A stretch of 64,000 bases of DNA from Octopus sinensis (taxonomy: Eukaryota), in the NCBI RefSeq assembly GCF_006345805.1, contig NC_043007.1:34224001-34288000 (forward strand), in the 5' to 3' direction. The position numbers were made by a program, and so were the translations under genes. Under the pieces are notes generated by a model that was not told the DNA's origin, did not search any database, and saw only the letters and a list, made by a program, of their open reading frames with translations. Shown piece by piece: positions 51,001 to 64,000 of this stretch. Position 1 is the stretch's first letter, and each line of letters opens with the position of its first letter.

Positions 51001-53790
51001 GGTAAAAACGGTAAGATAAGAAAGAAAGAAAGAGACCTCAATATTATGCAAAGGCTTGGAAGATTTCGAAAGCGGACCTACTGAAAATTATGAATAAAAA
51101 AAATTTCGTAAGTCTTTTAACAATTTCCAACATAAAATGAAAAAAGATATAAAACATATAAAAAGCTCCAAGAAAAAAGCACTTTTTTCGGATAAAACCA
51201 AGTACTTATACCTGATGGATAACAGCATATATACACAACTCTTACACAGCAGCAGCATTAATAATTACTCTAAGGCTAGGCCACAGACATATAATGAAAT
51301 TAATAAAGAAGCTAGCGTTATCGCCGCTAAACTTAAATTAGATAAAAAAATAGAAGTCCTCCCCCAAAAAGAGGCCTTTATTACAATTAAAGACCACAAA
51401 GAGAACTTCCTTTCCAACCCTAAATGTAGGCTTATCAACCCAGCTAAGTCAGAACTTGGGATTATTAGTAAAGAAATTTTAGATAAAATAAATGCGAAAA
51501 TTAAGACCGCTACTAGGCTAGTACAATGGTCCAATAGTATAGAAGTCGTAGACTGGTTTAAAGTCATTAAGGATAAGAAAAAAGCGAGCTTTACACAATT
51601 CGATATTGCTGATTTTTATCCTCTATCTCTAAAGAACTGCTAGATAAAGCCCTCGTCTTCGCTAGCGATTTCATAGAAATCAGTACAAATGATAAGGACA
51701 TAATCTTCCATGCTAGAAAGACCTTACTTTTCAGTGAGAACGCAAAGTGGGTCAAAAATACCGACACAGAGGGTGCTTTCGATGTGAGCATGGGGTCATA
51801 TGATGGAGCAGGCATTTGCGATCTTATTGGATTTTTTCTCCTAGATACTTTAGGTAAGACATTTCCTGACGTATATTTCGCCATCTACAAAGATGATGCC
51901 CTCGCTTTAACCGCTAATACAAATGGACCAGCACAGGATCGTTTTAGCAAGGATATTATCCAATTAATGAAATACTTCGGACTTAGTATAACTATAGATA
52001 CTAACCTGACGGTTGTCAATTTCGTAGACGTTTCCTTAGATCTAAATAAGAATATTTATAAGCCTTATAGGAAGCTCAATGATAGACTTAGTTATATTAA
52101 TGTAGGTTCATGCCATCCCCCTATAGTATTCAAAAATTTAGTTAAAAATATTAGTAAGAGAATTTCTAGCCTCTCCTCCGATAAGGACATTTTTAATAGC
52201 GTTGCCCCAGTTTATAATAAGGCTTTAAAAGATAGTGGTTTTAGCGAAAAAATAAAATATACACCTGTTACTAGCCCAATAGTAAAGAAGAGGAAAAATA
52301 GAAATAGGACGATCATCTGGTTTACACCACCTTACTCACCCGAGGTGACCTTCAATATAGGTAAATATTTCTTAACACTGATAGATAGACATTTTCCAGT
52401 TAACCATACTTATAGGAAACTCTTCAATAAACACAATTTAAAAATTAGTTTTAGTTCTACTACCAATTTTAAAAATATAATCACACATAACACACAAAAA
52501 CCACAACAAGAAAACAGCTGTTCATGCAGGAATAAAAAATTGTGCCCGCTAAATAGAGCTTGCATGTCCGAGACCATCATCTATGAAGCTACCATGGACT
52601 CTATAACCACTAAAGACACCGTTTCGACGAAGAAAATACGTGGGCCTTACAGAGGGTAATTCAAGGCCAGGTCAATACCCACACCTTGAGCTTCAGGCAC
52701 GGGAACAAAAGAAAGCGACAAAATTATCTAATCATATTGGTCTTTAAAAGATAAAGGTGTCGATTATAACATCTATTGGAAGATTTTGGCCAAATGTATG
52801 TAAGCCCTACACCAACGGCAGCGGAATGTGCGGTCTATGCAACATGGAGAGATGGCTTATCTGGAAAAGCAGCTTAGAACCCTACTACATGTCTAAACTC
52901 AAGGACAGAACTTTTCGGATCATGCCCATATGTGACTAAATTTTTTTACGTTTTTGGTCCCCTAAAGAAAACAGATAGAACTTGCTTTCTATATTATGTC
53001 CCAAAAAGTTTTTATCTCATTATACCTTTTATTATTTCATATATATTTTTATATTTTCACACATTAATTTTTTCTGTACTTTTCTATCCTGCATTTTTTC
53101 CTGTGCCTATATAGATGTGTATATAGATTCATTTGTACACGTGTGTGAATATGTATGAGTGGGCAGTTTTAGATGTGTGCGTGTATGAGGGTATAAGAAT
53201 GCACATATATATACAGACGTTTTTACTAAGTATTTTTCCATTTTTTTTGGCGGGGGGACATATGTATATTCATTTTTTGTATATTTTGTATATTTTGTAT
53301 ATTTTTGTATATTCATTTTTTATATACGTGTGTATGTATGCGTATATAAATATGTGCGGGTATGTACATATGGGCGTGTGTATGTATGAGTGCATAGGGG
53401 CATGTCCGTATATGAACGTGGTTTTTATGCTTTGTATACTTCCTTATGTTTTTCTTGTGCTTGTGCGTATATAGACGTATGTATGAACTTTTACGGTACG
53501 CATGTGTGTGTGTATGAGTTTGTATATATATGCGTATATATTTGGCGAAAAATGCGAGTAAAGATGTGTACGTTTTCATAGTGACGTATAAGTACGCACG
53601 TGGGTTCGCGAGCAGAATTATAACACAGTAATTTCCCTTTATATAACGGTATTTTTTCATAGCGTTTTTCAGATGGCCAGATAACCGAAGAGATGGTGTT
53701 GTGGATTTCCACTTCGGCATCTGAAACTCAGAGTTTTATCTTGACTATTGAGTAAATGTAACATATTATTTTATAGATATATATATTTAT
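51001..53790 (+). mobile_element. Near-complete Penelope-like element (RT plus C-terminal GIY-YIG, probably Naiad-type), frameshifted
   Basis: DKT..FITIKDHKENF..CRLINPAKSELG..QFDIADFYP..FDVSMGSYDGA..YKDDAL..HPP..IWFTPP..CSC..CP..C..HIWSLK..CKPY..CGLC. Confidence 0.93.
53673..53748 (+). ncRNA. Degenerate HHR (family H1) in the PLE tail
   Basis: AGATAA-CCGAAGA-GATG..CATC-TGAAA-CTCAGAG-TT-TTATCT; homologous to 16256-16334, with a U4C change. Confidence 0.6.
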
Positions 53791-53801
53791 ATATATATAT
53801 A

Positions 53802-54049
53802 TTGGGTTGGTGCATAATTATTGCGGCTTTCTTTTCAACAAATTTTATTCTACAAAGATAACTATATTTAACAAAAAACATCTTTAAATGACGATCTGAC
53901 TGTCTACCAAGCAAATGGGAACCAGTAATTGAAGTAGATGGTGAATGTGCTCCGGAATAATCATTTATAAATGATTTTGTTACTTGTTATTGTTTTTGTT
54001 AACTAAAAATTTGTTGAAAAAGCGCCTCAATAATTATGCTCAAGCCGCA
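53802..54049 (+). mobile_element. Internally deleted mariner
   Basis: TIRs TTGGGTTGGTGCATAATTATTG / CAATAATTATGCTCAAGC; retains DCLPSKWEPVIEVDGECAPE*. Confidence 0.85.
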
Positions 54050-54727
54050 TATATAAGGTTCAACATATAAATTTAAGTCAGGGAGAACATTCAACATAAA
54101 AGTTCCTCTTACCTGTGCATTTTAATTTATCATCTCAAAAGCGGTGGAGATTACATATCTCAATGAGATTGACAGAATGAGGATACACAGCCAACAAATA
54201 AATTTCCGTAATTATACACCTAGGTTTGTGCCTCGTCAACAAGTAGCCAAAATATCACATTTTCCCTCTCTATCAATGCACAGGGAAAACTTCAGCTCAA
54301 TTCCAATTGAATAAGAAAATATGTTTATTAAAATATAAATCACAACTACGTAGACAGAACAACTTTTATTCACGACAAAGGAGCAGAAACAACAGCCATA
54401 AATCAACAGTAATAGGCTGCCTCCAGGATGCAAAACCATAACTTACAAAACTATATATATATACTTATATAACTTATGGTTTTGCATATATATATATATA
54501 TATATTCGTGTTTAGATGTATACGCGTGTGTTTATATAAGTAAGCAAATGTATCTGTATGTGTGTGTGCGTGCAGATATGTATGTCTGTTTGTCTCAAGT
54601 GCGCTTGTGTGCATGTGTGTAAGTGTGTGTTTCTGTAACATGAGCGCATGTGTGCGTGGTGTGTGTGCGAGCGCTAGTGTGGGTTTAAGTACATGCACGT
54701 GAATGAGTGTGTGTATAGACAACTGAA

Positions 54728-55052
54728 GTGAGGGCGCGTGGCTTAGTGGTTAGGGCATTCGGCTCATGATCGTAAGGTTGTGAGTTCGATTCCCGGCGAC
54801 GCGTTGTGTCCTTGAGCAAGACACTTTATTTCACGTTGCTCCAGTCCACTCAGCTGGCAAAAATGAGTTGTACTTGTATTTCAAAGGGTCAGCCTTGTCA
54901 CTCTCTGTGTCACGCTGATTATCCCCGAGAACTACGTTAAGGGTACACGTGTCTGTGGAATGCTCAGCCATTTGCACGTTAATTTCACGAGCAAGCTGTT
55001 CCGTTGATCGTATCAGCTGGGACCCTCGTCGTCGTAACCGGCGGAGTCTTTT
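54728..55052 (+). mobile_element. SINE head B with tail Y, full
   Basis: A box TGGCTTAGTGG, B box GAGTTCGATTCC; ends GTCGTAACCGGCGGAGTC. Confidence 0.92.
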
Positions 55053-55234
55053 AAGACAACTGAAAAGACGGTGATGATAAATTTGCCGTTGTAAACCCTC
55101 CTGACCGAAATTTACTTGCCTGTGTATGCGCGCGTGTGTATGTGTGTATATGCGTGTTTGCAGGTGTGTGTATGTATGTGTGTCTTTGTATGTGTAACTA
55201 CATATGAATATTTATATATATATACGAGAGTATA

Positions 55235-55660
55235 TAGAGGTGAAGCCGTACCTGTGAGGTAAGGAGATTGCTTCCCAACCACACGGTTTTGGGTTCAGAC
55301 CTACTGCGCGTCACCTTGGGCAAGTGCCTTCTACTATAACCTCGGGATGACCAAAGTATTACGAGTGAATTTGGTAGATGGAATCTGATGGAAGCCCCTC
55401 CTAGATGCGCGCGCGCGCGCGCGTGTGTGTGTGGTGTGTGTGAATCCGCCTTTATGTCTGTGGTTGTCCCTAGCAACCTCGCTTGACAGCCAGTGTTAGT
55501 GGATTTAAATCACCGTAACTTAGAGGTTCGGCAAAACAGACCATAAAAATAAGTACCAGGATTTTTAAAAAAAGTAAGTACTGGGTTGATTCATTCGACT
55601 AAAATTCTTCAATGTGGTGCTCCAGCATGGCTGCAATCTGATCACTGAAGCAAGTCACAG
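55235..55660 (+). mobile_element. Degenerate SINE group A
   Basis: CACCTTGGGCAAGTGCCTTC..CTCCAGCATGGCTGCA. Confidence 0.8.
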
Positions 55661-56353
55661 ATAGGAAAAATATAGGTTTTCATACGCATCAGTATGTATG
55701 TGTTTGTAAATATTTGTGTTTTTGTATGTGTATGTGTGTGAGTTTGTGTTTGTATGTGGGTCTGTGTGTGTGTCTGTGTGCTATCGTGCATGTCTATGTA
55801 TATGTATATGTGTATGTGTGTGTGCGTGTGTGTGTGTGCGTGTGTGTGTGTATGTGTGTGTGTGTGTGTACTTGTAAGTGCAGCATAGCTGATGGTTACG
55901 AAATTCCCGACGTGGCTATTAGGACCCAGGCTCTTTCACACTGCGTGACGATGCTCGCAAATATAATTTTCTATAGCTTCGGATCTCCTCGGATACATCG
56001 CGAAGCAAATAGTGTAGACAATCAATGGACACTCATCGGATTGATTGTACTTCGCATTCGCTGAAGCCCTATCACACCTTGTTGTCACTCTCATTCTGGC
56101 TGCGAATTGCGGTAAGGTTACACATGTCTCTAGGATGCCAAGCCACTTACGTGCTAAATCAAGGGCAGTTAATGTTGTTGATCGAATAACTTTACTCTCA
56201 TCGTCGAACGACGGAGAGCGACCATCATAAGTGTATGTTTGTGCATATACATCCACACACACACACACATATACACACAAACACATATATGAGCTTATGT
56301 GTGTATATATATATATATTATGAATATATATATATAAATATATATATATATAG

Positions 56354-56396
<43 letters not shown>

Positions 56397-56511
56397 TATA
56401 TATATATATATGCACATATACATATATGCAATTACATATAAGTGTATGAAAATTTTCATAACTATAAATATATGCCATATTTATATTTACATACATACAT
56501 GTACACGTGTA

Positions 56512-56550
<39 letters not shown>

Positions 56551-57704
56551 TGTGTGTGTATACATATATGTATGTGTGTATATATAAATATACATATATA
56601 TGTATATATTCATATATATATAAATGCATATATGCATATATATATATACATACATGCATACATATATTTATATATATATACATACATATATACACATACA
56701 TATATGTTTACCCTATTTATATATATATATATATATATATACATACATATATGTATGCTTGTGTCTATATGCATACATATATATATATACAGTGTTCGAT
56801 AATATCAGTCACATCATGTCTTTTACACATCGCTTCATCTCGGTCTTCTAGATCACTGATGCACGCCAATTTCAATGTAAATGAACATCTTAGAGGATTT
56901 AGACTGCTTTCTTACTTTCAGCCGTTCATTCTGTATATATGTCAACTCTACTTCGCTATCTCTTTTTCTCTCTCACTTTCTCTCTCTTTTTCTCTCCCCC
57001 AATCTCCCCCCCCTCTCTCTCTCTCTCACTGTCTATCTATCTCTCTTTTTTCTGTATTTCTGTTTCTCGCTCTCACTTTCTCTGTCAACAGTTTTCGTTC
57101 TTCCTCCCTCCACAACTCACTGTCCTGTGTATATTTGCATATGTACCGTTATAGACATAAACATACACACTCACATACAAGCATTTTCTACATGTGTACA
57201 CATACACACACACACACACACACACTTGCACACATATACACACATACACCTATATAGGTACATGCATGCATACATATATACATGTATACATACATATATA
57301 CACTCACACACACACACACATAAATATATATATTTATACATATAAACATGTGTATACGTATATGTATGCATATATTTATTTGTACATGAATAATCATACG
57401 TATATATGCATACATACACATATATACATATATATATATATGTGTGTATCTATATATATGTGTATATGTATTATATACATATATGTGTCTATATATATAT
57501 ATATTATATACGAATATATATATATATATATATATATGCATACATACACATATATATATATATATATATATGTTTTGTGTATCTATATATATGTGTATAT
57601 GTATTATATACATATATGTGTCTTATATATATATATATATATATACGAATATATATATATATATTATATATATATATATACACGAGTATATATATGTGTA
57701 TGTA

Positions 57705-57745
<41 letters not shown>

Positions 57746-57829
57746 TACGTCTTCTTTGGATGTATCTGACTTTGGCTTTTGATGAGGAAGCCATGCTTGG
57801 CGATACTTGATAGTGGTGTTGGTGAAATG

Positions 57830-57945
57830 CTGACAATGATGGCGTCGATGTCTGTGGATAGTAGCGGTGGTGGTGGTCGGCGTCGTCGTCATCGTCGAAG
57901 ACGTATTTGTGGCGCAATTCGTCGATGGCAGTATCGGAAATGATG

Positions 57946-57985
<40 letters not shown>

Positions 57986-59880
57986 CGGCAGCAGCAGCAG
58001 CAGCAGTAGAAGTGATGTTGTTGTTCTTGTTGTTGTTTGTGGTGGTGATGATGGTTGATGTGGTAGCTCTTGTATAGGTCAGTAATGTCATCGGTGTATT
58101 TGTGCTGGATCTAGATGTAGCGGTGGAAGCGATGGTGGTAGTAGTCCTTGTTGTTGTTGTTGTTGTTGTTACTGTTGTTGTTGTTGTTGTGGTGGTGGTG
58201 GTGGTGGTGGTGGTGGTGGTGGTGGTGGTCATCGTCGTGGCGGTGATGGTGGTGATGGTGCTGGTTTTTTGTGGTGGTAGCGGCGGCAGTGGTGGTGGTG
58301 GTGCTGGTGGTGGTGCTGGTGGTGCTGGTGCTGGTGTTTGTGGTGGTGGCGGCGGCAGTGGTGGTGGTGGTGGTGGTTTTTGTGGTGGTGGCGGCAGCAG
58401 TGGTGGTGGTGGTGGTGCTGGTGTTTGTTGGTGGTGGTGGCGGCAGCAGTGGTGGTGTGGTGGTGTGGTGGTGGTGGTGGTGGTGGCGGCAGCAGTTGGT
58501 GGTGGGTGGGTGCTGGTGTTTGTGGTGGTGGGGTGGCGGCGGCAGTGGTGGTGGTGGTGGTGGTGTTTGTGGTGGTTGTGGTGGCGGTGGTGGCTTTCAT
58601 CATTCGATGGACATCTCGCCATTGATTACGTTCACCTCATTTACATTCATGAGGTGGATGACAACGATGAGGACGACGACGACGACGATGATGAGGATTG
58701 TGATGGTTATGGTGGTCGTCGTTCTCGTCATCGTCGTCTTTCTTTGTCGTGGCAGTGATGGTGTTTGTGGTGGTGGTGGTGGTGGTGGTGGTGGTGATGC
58801 TGCTGCTGCTGCTGTTGCCGCTGCTGGTACTGGTAGTGGTAGTGGTAGTGGTGGTGGCAATGGTGGTGGCGGTGGTGGTGTTTGTGTTGGTGGTGGTGGT
58901 GGTGGTGGTGGTGCTGCTGCTGCTGGTAGTGGTGGTAGTGGTGGTGGCAATGGTGGTGGCGGTGGTGGTGTTTGTGTTGGTGGTGGTGTCTGTGTTGGTG
59001 GTGGTGTTTGTGTTGTTGGTGGTGGTGGTGGTGGTGGTGCTGCTGCTGCTGGTAGTGGTGGTAGTGGTGGTGGCAATGGTGGTGGCGGTGGTGGTGGTGT
59101 TGGTGTTGGTGGTGGTGTTGGTGGTGGTAGTGGTGGTGGCAATGGTGGTGGTGGTGGTGTTGGTGGTGGTAGTGGTGTTTGTGTTCGTGGTGGTGGTAGT
59201 GTTGGTGGTGGTGGTGGTGGTGGTGTGGTGACGACAACGACGTCAACGATGATGATGATTGTGTGTGATGGGCGGGGGCTGATGACTGTAGTGATGACAG
59301 CGACAAGACAGCTGTGATAAATAATAATGATGACAATTATGGTTCTGTTTCTGGTTCTGATTCTGGTGCTGATGCTGCTTGAGCTGGTGGTGGTATTGGT
59401 GGTCATCGCCTGGGTGGTAGTGATGGTCATGGCTGAGTTGATGATGTCTGCGGTAGTGAGACTGCAGCTGGTGATGCTGATGATGATTATCTTGATAATT
59501 ATCAACAATGTCATTCGTGTCTCTCGTCATTGTCGTCATCACTATTACCATACCAACACCACCACCACCACTACCATCAGCAGCATTATCAAGAACAGCA
59601 GCAGCAGCATCTTCAGTATTGTCACGTTTATAATTATCATCTTCGTCGTCATCATCATCATCATCATCGTTGTCAGCAGCAGCAGCAGCAACAGCAACAG
59701 CAGCAGCAGAGTCATCACTAATGACATTGTTGTTGGTGTCATTATCAACTTCATTATCGTCGTCGTTGCTGTCAGCATCTGTATCAGCTGCTGCTACAAT
59801 AGCAGTAATAACATTAACAACAACAACAACAACAGCAGCAGCAGCATAGCATTCTTCGTAATATACATAATAATTTTCGT
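57830..59880. repeat. ~2-kb GC-rich compound trinucleotide region (GGT, GTT, AGT, GCT, CAT, AGC) with higher-order duplications
   Basis: Unit GCTGCTGCTGGTAGTGGTGGTAGTGGTGGTGGCAATGG occurs at about 58915 and 59040. Confidence 0.9.
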
Positions 59881-59964
59881 CGCAATAATGGTTTCAAAGT
59901 CGACAATAATCCATAAATATATGTGGCAGAAGTCGCTTGCATTGATATTAGTTCTTGAGTGCTA

Positions 59965-60385
59965 CGAGGTGGTATCAAAATATTCCGGGACTAGTTCTGT
60001 GGTACACCAACAGATGGAAGCGCATGACTGCCTGCCCAGTGAGAGCTGGCAGTGACCTGCATGAGGCAGTTTGCCTAATAACAGCACTGTGTTTGCTTCG
60101 CGAGTTGTGAAACATCTGTTTTTGTGATCACGTGATCACGTGCATGGTGCAGTCTGCGATTTTTGGCATGAACAGGGACATAGAGCCAATGTGAAATTTT
60201 GCGTCATACTTAGGAAGTTCTCTACATTGAGAGACATTGAGCATGCTCTGGCATGATTGCAGCGACGAGGCAATGGGTCTCCGCATGCAATGTTTCGAGA
60301 GACACGGGCGCTTGAAAATCGGAGGAACATCCCTGGGAGACGACGAGCGATCAGGAAGACCTGTCACAAGCGTCACCTCTGACCC
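59965..60385 (+). mobile_element. Mariner 5' portion
   Basis: TA-CGAGGTGGTATCAAAA TIR; ANVKFCV..ETLSML..SDEAMG..QCFE..TSLGDDERSGRP. Confidence 0.88.
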
Positions 60386-60759
60386 ACAAAGACAAAAACT
60401 CACACCTCCTAAACAAAATAACAAGGCCCTAAACAAAATAACAAGAAAAAAAACCAGCCCCTGCATATACAAGCCCCCACAGAAAAAAAAACACCCACTC
60501 CTTGAAACCTATGGCACCAACTGAAAACACTGTTACCCAAGGAACTGCTACTCCCCCAGACGATACCATGGAGGTATATTACTATAGTACGGAAACATAC
60601 AGACACCATATCCCCATGCAATTCTCCTACAAAAACAGACACAACACCACAACAAACAATCAAAAAAAGACCCCGCCTAAGTGTCCCGGAAAAAAGAAAA
60701 ATGGAAGAAAAGAAAATAAGGAATGAAAACTATGTTGAGTTTGATACTCAAAATGATTA

Positions 60760-61950
60760 TACGAACAATATAATATTGCCATAGTAACGAAGCTAAAGCA
60801 CGCAAAGTTAATCCGCTTGGCACAGAGTTACCTAGGACACTGTTGTGTATGTTTTAACGTTTGAACTCACTTCCTCTGTTTAGAGCAGTGCTCAGAAGGA
60901 AGGTATGTAGCGTGTGACCATCACATTGCCCATGACAGAGAAAGTGGTCATGGTCATACTTGCTCAGAGGCCTACGCAAAGTTGCAGAAAGTGTATGAAG
61001 AGAGGTGTATGAGATGCACACAAGTGTATGAGTGGTCCAGACGTATCCAAGTTGGCCAAAAAAAAGTCATGTCGACGAACGTTCTGAGAGACACGCAGCC
61101 AACAGAACTGAGAAAAACATCGATGTGCGCTCAGCTGTGAGAGGAAATCGTCGAATCACCATTCATGAGTGTGTAGAAGCACTCCGTCGGTTACGACGAT
61201 GAGGGTTCCGGTTGATCCGATCAACGGAGCATCCTGCTCATGAAATTAACGTGTAAGTGACTGAGCACTCCACAGACACGTGTACCCTTAACGTAGTTCT
61301 CGGGGATATTCAGCGTGACACAGAGAGTGACAAGGCCGGCCCTTTGAAATACAGGTACAACAGAAACAGGAAGTAAGAGTGAGAGAAAGTTGTGGTGAAA
61401 GAGTACAGCAGGGATCACCACCATCCCCTGCCGGAGCCTCGTGGAGCTTTAGGTGTTTTCGCTCAATAAACACTCACAACGCCCGGTCTGGGAATCGAAA
61501 CCGCGATCCTATGACCGCGAGTCCGCTGCCCTAACCACTGGGCCATTGCGCCTCCACCTATTCATGAGTATTCAGACGATGTACAGATTAGTTACGTTTC
61601 AGTTCAGTCCAGTATCACTGAAGATTTGGGTACGAGACGTGTGTCTCCCAAGTTTCTGCCAAAACTGCTTTCAGCTGACCAGAAATATACTCGGGTTTCA
61701 GTTGCACAAGATCTCCTTGATTGTGTCGAGAACGATGAAAACTTTTTGAAGACCATCTGTAGGCCTCTAATCCGGTATCGCCAAGATTGATCACACGTTA
61801 CACACATTCGTTCTAAGCAGAGAGCTAGAACGTTCAAAATTACAGCGCATGCACAACGGAGTTCAGTCAACTTGTGGCAAGCCGCTTTAATCTGTGTGAT
61901 TTAGCTTCTGTAGTATGGCTGCAATCCGGATAATTATTGATCAGACCACG
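60760..61950 (+). mobile_element. Second mariner with long subterminal IRs, interrupted by a SINE
   Basis: EAYAKLQKVY..VYEW..NRRITIHE/YSDDV..LGTRRVSPKFLPKLLS..NDENFLKTI. Right TIR GATCAGACCACG-TA; 61770-61950 aligns inverted to 60770-60930. Confidence 0.85.
61171..61557 (-). mobile_element. SINE head C with tail Y, 10-bp TSD
   Basis: ATTCATGAGT at 61161-61170 and 61560-61569. Confidence 0.92.
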
Positions 61951-61968
61951 TACATTTACATAATTATA

Positions 61969-62011
<43 letters not shown>

Positions 62012-62019
62012 CGGGAAGA

Positions 62020-62200
62020 TTTATGAAAATAAACAAAAGACGAAGGCAGGTGGAATACAAACAAACAATTGTATTAGTATGGCGCTCAGGAATATAAATA
62101 AAACGTCTTTTACGTTTCGAGCCTACGCTCTTCAACAGAAAGATACACAGAAAAGAAACACGGAGAGAAACAAGGAGAGAAATGCGTTCAGAAGCTAGCG
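62020..62200 (-). repeat. Family H3 repeat, best-preserved HHR-like motif
   Basis: TCTTT-CTGTTGA-A-GAGC-GTAG-GCTC-GAAA-CG-TA-AAAGA at 62106-62143. Confidence 0.82.
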
Positions 62201-62656
62201 AATCAACATGGCGATCAACGATAGATAGGTAGATAGATACAAACATATGTAGTTAATCCAAACATGAAAACACAAAGAGAAAACACAACAACGCGAGGAC
62301 GTGGAACAAGTATAGTGTTAGCTATATATATGTAGGTATGTACGTATCGTTGTAGATACATAGATGCACATGCACGAACACACAGCGATACAAACACAAA
62401 CGTACACACATTTATGTTTGGGTGAAATGGCTGGAGAGATACGGAAAGAGAGAGATTGATTGATAGATACAAAGTATGACTGATGGCATTGCACCATAAA
62501 GACCTATGTGTAATTCGAATTTGTCACCATGACGTATCCACGTGTATATTGGACGCAGGTCATGGAGTATAGATATTTAACTTCATTATGCATATAGATG
62601 AGATTGTATGTACAGGTGCCTACATGCTAGGTAAAAAATATATAGATAGAAAGATA

Positions 62657-62712
<56 letters not shown>

Positions 62713-62817
62713 TATATACAAACATATACATAAATACATTCATATATATAGGGAAATCGATGGTACATAGAAAGATAAATATTTATGTATGTATTAAACC
62801 ATCTATAAGTATTATAT

Positions 62818-62850
<33 letters not shown>

Positions 62851-62881
62851 TATATATGTATGTATGTATGTATGTATATTG

Positions 62882-62915
<34 letters not shown>

Positions 62916-63084
62916 TACATATAATATATATATATAGTGTTGGTGTTGGGTGTGTTGTATACATATAATATGCATATAATAGTGTATATATATATTACAT
63001 ATATATGTATATATACCTATGTATTTATATATCTATATATGTATATATAGCTATATATATGTGTATATATACCATATATATAAT

Positions 63085-63130
<46 letters not shown>

Positions 63131-63358
63131 TATAGATGGATATATTATTAAACATATATACGCATATATACACATGTACCTATGTGTACATATATCAACA
63201 AGCGGGGCACACGTGCCTCTGTGTGTGTGTGTATCTTTCAGCATTTCTTACATATGTAATGGCATGTATCTATATTTATTTGTATCTATATACATACATA
63301 TATATAAGTATATATATATATATATATACTTATATATATAGACATATATGTGTATATG

Positions 63359-63453
<95 letters not shown>

Positions 63454-63712
63454 GTGTGAATACCTAAATTTATTTACGTATGCGTACATTTAAGTAAGTA
63501 CGTAATATATGCATGTAAACACATTAATAATGTATTCTGCAGCTGCGTGTTTGTGTGCAATATTATTGAAAGTTGCTTCTCTTGCCATGCATTTTTCAAA
63601 GGGAGATTCTGATGTATTTGATCTTCTGCACTGTTGTATATTACCGTTAATATATCGACTTGCAATCAATGTTAGGTGATACACACGTACTCACTCACAT
63701 ACATACGTCGAA

Positions 63713-63746
<34 letters not shown>

Positions 63747-64000
63747 CAGTCAAAGAGTTATGGCTGTTCTTTCTACTGAAAAGGGAGATCTCAATAAAAT
63801 TGAGATCTCCCTTTTAAGTAGAAAGAATAGCCATAACTTTTTGACTGCTATTTCTAAATTCGGTGTGTGGTGAGGCAAATCGTTGCTAAACCCTTAATTA
63901 CTTAGTATTACTTAAACCTTCCTTGAATCTACTTGGTGAAATTAATGATTATTCCAAATTAATTAATTTCACCCTATATTATTAATGATATATATATAAT

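Noticed and set aside
52510-52570. Possible selenocysteine recoding, reported for some Naiad PLEs
   Set aside because: The CxC..CP..C motif here and at about 44780 uses TGY codons, with no in-frame TGA at those positions.
58271-59317. Gly-rich ORF as a suckerin or beak protein
   Set aside because: It lacks GGY and GHG modules and a signal peptide, and is explained by (GGT)n.

Overview
AT-rich, repeat-saturated eukaryotic DNA. It is almost certainly cephalopod (Octopus-like); this is inferred from the tRNA-derived SINE families and the dense (TA)n, (CA)n and (ATT)n microsatellites. There is one 100-N scaffold gap (43818-43917). No intact autonomous gene is visible, and most ORFs in the supplied track are microsatellite translations. 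The window holds remnants of CR1, Tx1/L1, RTE and R4/Dong LINEs, three Penelope-like elements (PLEs), mariner/Tc1, Chapaev3-type and Helitron DNA elements, and four SINE groups with swappable head and tail modules. The strongest non-obvious signals are: (i) at least three families of hammerhead-ribozyme (HHR) motifs, including two apparently intact type I HHRs and a five-copy family with a non-canonical CUGU(U/A)GA core; (ii) PLE 5' fold-back palindromes; (iii) two phase-compatible minus-strand exons encoding a signal peptide, a propeptide, RSKR and NLMQF, reminiscent of a secreted phospholipase A2 precursor; (iv) several long inverted repeats. All alignments and RNA folds were done by eye, and repeat boundaries are approximate (about +/-10-20 bp).
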